NCBI GenBank assembly: GCA_049999805.1
Contig: JBNGIO010005966.1
Coordinates: 1 to 34,039, forward strand
Direction of reading: 5' to 3'
Length of the DNA: 34,039 bases
Source of the DNA: Folioceros fuciformis
Taxonomy: Eukaryota
Positions 30,443-34,039 of the stretch are shown here, piece by piece. The notes beneath the pieces are model-generated. The model saw nothing but the letters and a program-made list of their open reading frames with translations, was not told where the DNA came from and searched no databases. Positions within the stretch are counted from its first letter, which is position 1. Each line of letters starts with the position of its first letter. Both the position numbers and the translations under genes were made by a program.

Positions 30443-31099
30443 ATGAGGATGCCATGCGGAGCCCTGACCACGGGAAGCCTGTGCATGGCGGGCGCGCCGA
30501 GGCCTCACCTAGCCTTCTCCGACATAAGGCAGATTTCTCTCAGCTGCCGCCCAATTCCGGCCTTGGCCTGCGGAATGCCCAACCTCGGGAACGAAGTGCG
30601 AGGAGATAGAATCGGGATCCCCCGGGCGGGAGCCGGGGCCACCGCGCTATTCAGCAGGAGTGACGGCGAGCTGGATGAGCAAGGACTGGAGGTGCACACG
30701 GCTGTGGACGACTTAGATTTGGACCAGCTCAACACGCTCTTCGTCAGGGTAGGATTTCCGAGGCGGCAGAAGGAGAAGCTGGCCAAAGCACTGGACCATA
30801 CCCTGGCTCTGGTGTGGCTGCGAGAGCTGAGGTCCAAGCAACTGGTGGCCTTCGCCAGGGCAACGGGGGACCACGTCTTTAATGCCGTCATCTGGGACGT
30901 GGTTGTGGATCCCTCCTACCAGGGGATCGGCTTAGGGAAGGTGGTGATGGAGCGGCTGATGTCGCAACTTCTCGCCAGAGGCATCAGCAACATTGCTCTT
31001 TACGCGGAGCCTAATGTTGTGTCATTCTACAAGCCCCTCGGCTTCGTGCCTGATCCTGATGGCATCCGCGCGATGGCTTACTCTCGCCGACCAAGATAG
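30443..31099 (+). CDS. SNAT2: Plastid GNAT acetyltransferase (GNAT1/SNAT2, ycf52-like); alternative ATG at 30332
   Basis: LDLDQLN.LF..VGFPRR, VAFARATGD.VFNA.IWDVVVDPSYQGIGLGK (acetyl-CoA motif), NIALYAEP.V..FY.PLGFV.DPDGI. Confidence 0.88.
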   Translation: MRMPCGALTTGSLCMAGAPRPHLAFSDIRQISLSCRPIPALACGMPNLGNEVRGDRIGIPRAGAGATALFSRSDGELDEQGLEVHTAVDDLDLDQLNTLFVRVGFPRRQKEKLAKALDHTLALVWLRELRSKQLVAFARATGDHVFNAVIWDVVVDPSYQGIGLGKVVMERLMSQLLARGISNIALYAEPNVVSFYKPLGFVPDPDGIRAMAYSRRPR

Positions 31100-31371
31100 A
31101 TGCGGACCAGCGCACTTTGTCGTCCCTTTCTTCTTCAGGCTCAGCCTGAGTACAATATAGACACGCATCACGCCTTCCAGCTTTTGCTTCATACAGCTTG
31201 GACGGCAATGCAAACAAACCAAAAGTACCACCCCTTGCTGGACCTACTCACAAGTAGGTACGGCAGTAGACTAGTTTTGTCTAAACTAACGACAGCCCTG
31301 CAACTGCCTGAGATACAGTAGTGTACATTTGTTGCCCAAGAGGGCCTTCAGGTCTTTCCCTGCATCCGCCC

Positions 31372-33388
31372 CTAACCTGACATCCTCGGACCAGCAGGAG
31401 CAGCCTGAGGCCCTCCCCTCTGTGCCCTCATGGCCTTGGATTGCGCAAGCATTTCATCGTAGTTCTGGTACACCACGAGAGCGTTAGGAGCACAGAAGGC
31501 CAGACCTCATCACATCCACTCCACGTCCAAACAAGAGGAAAAGAAGAACCATAGCTTCTTACCCGTTTCTCCATCGCAACCCCACGGCTTTCGATGACCT
31601 TGTCTGCCAAGCCGTACTCCATCGCTTCTTTGGCTCTGAAATATTTTGGTCGTTGAATGTCATGAGCGATCTGTTCACGGCTCTTTCCGGTACCCTTTGC
31701 CAGCAGGTCGATGTAGTAGTTGGTGTTTGCATCCAACTCCTTGGCCTGAGGACATGTTAGACACACCATTAGCAGCGGTGCATTCCTAGCCAAGCCCATC
31801 ACACACGGAGTGAGTTCAAGTACCTTAATCCACATATCGATTGCAGCTCCACTGGATTGGTTTACCTTCGGAGAGTACAACTTAGCTGCAGACAGTAAAT
31901 TGTGAGCCGATTGAGAGGAAGCTTAGCAACTCATCATCATAGCGTTTCGCACAAGAGCTGCACTTACTGACGGAATTTGGTTGAACTGCTCTGTACCCCT
32001 TCTCTCCAATGGAGAGCAACATCGCCGCTTGGCCGAATGCCATGCCACAGTTCACCGTGTAGACTTTCGACTTGACATACTGCATCCAGCAACTGGAGTT
32101 ACACACTTCCACAACAGCCAACAAGATCCAGATACATTACGCCACTTGTGTCCAGTACAAACGGCACTTCAGGCAAGGTGGACCTGACCACAAATAGAAC
32201 CATCTTCGTGCTGGGTCTGTTTATGATCAGGCACAAGAGAAGAATGCACATACAGCGATTGTGTCAGCAATGGCGTAGGCTTCGGTTTCAAAGCCAATAC
32301 TCTCCCTCTTGTCATTCTGCACAGGTTGACCGAAATGACATGGTCAGGCATGATGGAATAGGTCTCCATCCTTGTGAAACAGTCAAACCGTACTTCCCTA
32401 GCAACCTCACCTGTGTTCCCGGTGAATTGATGTAGAAATAGATAGGCTTTGTGGGATTATCAAAATCCAACCACAGCAATTCAGCAATCACAAGCTCAGT
32501 GACAGCCGGGACTATCTGCACATTAACGCCAGAAACCGCATTCATGTGACACCAACGAAAACGATGAGCACGGCCACTGCAAACTACGACAACGCAATGC
32601 ACACCCTCTCACCGGCATTCCCAGGTAACAAATCCTTGCATCCAGAAGCAGCGAAGGCAGATCTGGAGGAGCTGTCTTCGGCCTTCCATACCCACCACCA
32701 CCTCTGTACATGCTCACACTCATGCCCAACCGAGAAGAACTATTCTTCAGCTGGTTGAGATTCCACAACCCAGTCCCTTCTTTGTAATTCTTCGCTGACG
32801 AAATAGAATCCTGCATCCATCCCACCATCAAATCTACTCTCAACAGGCCGCAAAAACGGCCAGCATCCCCTTCCAAACTAATCCAACCTACCTTCCACGA
32901 CACTCACTCTAACAACCCGGTACCTCAGTGACGCCTTCAAATTGCTTCCTCATGGGACTGTCCTCCGTCATAAACATGTCCATCTGAGAGGGAGTCAAGC
33001 CAAACAGATGTTTCGGAACATTCTGAAAATTCTCCGACACTGCACACCGACCCACACACACAACCAACACATCATCACCGTCGTCATCAACCCCTTTCAA
33101 CGCCACAAACCAGTCCCCCCATCACCTACATGCTTCGTCAAGATTCTCCTGGCGAAATTGCTTTGGAATATGATCGAAAGAAGCCCTGGCCACGGCCACC
33201 CGCCCCCTTACAGCCCGCGGGGAGCATCTCTGTGCTACAAAACCCTCTCTTCTTCCCAAAAACGCACTCCCAGACCCCGCTCCCTCCCCGGCAAACACAC
33301 TCCTGTACAGCCTGCTCGTGGGCAAGCCAAAGCTAGTGCCCACTGTCCCTCCAGCTGCAGAACTCTGCGCAGCCATAGCCAAGGCCAT
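31372..33388 (-). CDS. ClpR1: Chloroplast Clp protease non-catalytic subunit ClpR1, multi-exon
   Basis: Exon translations SFDHIPKQFRQENL, QMDMFMTEDSP, TAPPDLPSLLLDARICYLGMP|IVPAVTEL..YINSPGTQ|ETEAYAIAD|CGMAFGQAAMLLS|SSGAAIDMWIK|AKELDANT..RPKY|NYDEMLAQ..AAPAGPR; GT-AG introns. Confidence 0.93.
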
Positions 33389-33879
33389 CCTTCCCAGATC
33401 ACGCTCCCTCCCAAATGTTCCACACCAGATACTATCCTTCCCAAACTTTCCCAGCACCTTCCCGCTGGCCAGCAAGCCGCGCGCCCCTTCCTTCCGCCTC
33501 CCTTGCCTTGGGGATGAGATTTTTCACCACGAACGCGGCGTGTCTCGTCGGCAAATTCTCAGCGTCAGTTGCTGATTCTAGAATGTGAGTGATCAGACAC
33601 ATTTTGTCCAAGTTTTATTAAATTAATGCCGACACGGGTGAACGTAATTTCATATAGACGGGCTGGCACGGAGAGAGGGAGCTGCTTTCCGAGGCGCCTG
33701 GGAGGGAAACTCGCGAAAGCGCGTGACTGGGATCGTGAGGCTTCAAGAGGGGAGAATTCAAGTGCTGCTGGCTGCGCTGTTGTGCGATTTCACGACTCTA
33801 TTCGCGTCTGGAAGTTAGTGGATCGCAGCTGGCTATTGCTGGGAGCTTCCTGTCGCCGGCTTTTTTCCCGACGGTATCC

Positions 33880-34039
33880 ATGTTCGACGCCGTGCTTGGG
33901 AAGGGCTTTAAGGGCTCGAAATGGTGAGCAGGGAACGGAATTCTGGGATGATGATAGTGGAGCGGCTGCCGATTCGTGGCTTTCTGATTCCCTGCCCTTT
34001 GTTTGCGCTGTGCAGCAAAACCCTGTTGAAGCTGGCTAT
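33880..34039 (+). CDS. IST1-like protein (regulator of Vps4 activity), 5' end only; exon 33880-33923, intron 33924-34015, exon from 34016
   Basis: Spliced MFDAVLGKGFKGSKCKTLLKLAI matches the plant IST1-like N-terminus GFK.SKCKTLLKL.I. Confidence 0.75.

Overview
Eukaryotic land-plant nuclear DNA, probably from a fern or similar seed-free plant (inferred from a DYW:KP-type PPR gene and very short introns). Two 100-N gaps (16927-17026, 18756-18855) split it into three contigs. Contig 1 (1-16926) is TE-rich and dominated by a near-perfect 13.3-kb inverted duplication (arms 2580-8843 and 9637-15900, paired positions sum to 18480). Each arm carries a degenerate Tnt1-like Ty1/copia element and an intact, intronless, strongly diverged TFIIA-gamma ORF. 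The 793-bp spacer is the 5' end (LTR + PBS) of a second LTR element. An ~87-bp tandem array follows the right copia. Contig 2 (17027-18755) holds the C-terminal part of a prokaryote-like beta-class N4-cytosine/N6-adenine DNA methyltransferase, apparently pseudogenised; this is the most unusual item in the window. Contig 3 (18856-34039) is gene-dense: SEC15, a DUF3082 protein, a PLS-PPR with a DYW:KP-like domain (candidate U-to-C RNA editor), FKBP16-1, GNAT1/SNAT2, ClpR1 and the start of an IST1-like gene. All calls come from reading the sequence and recalled family motifs; no searches were run.
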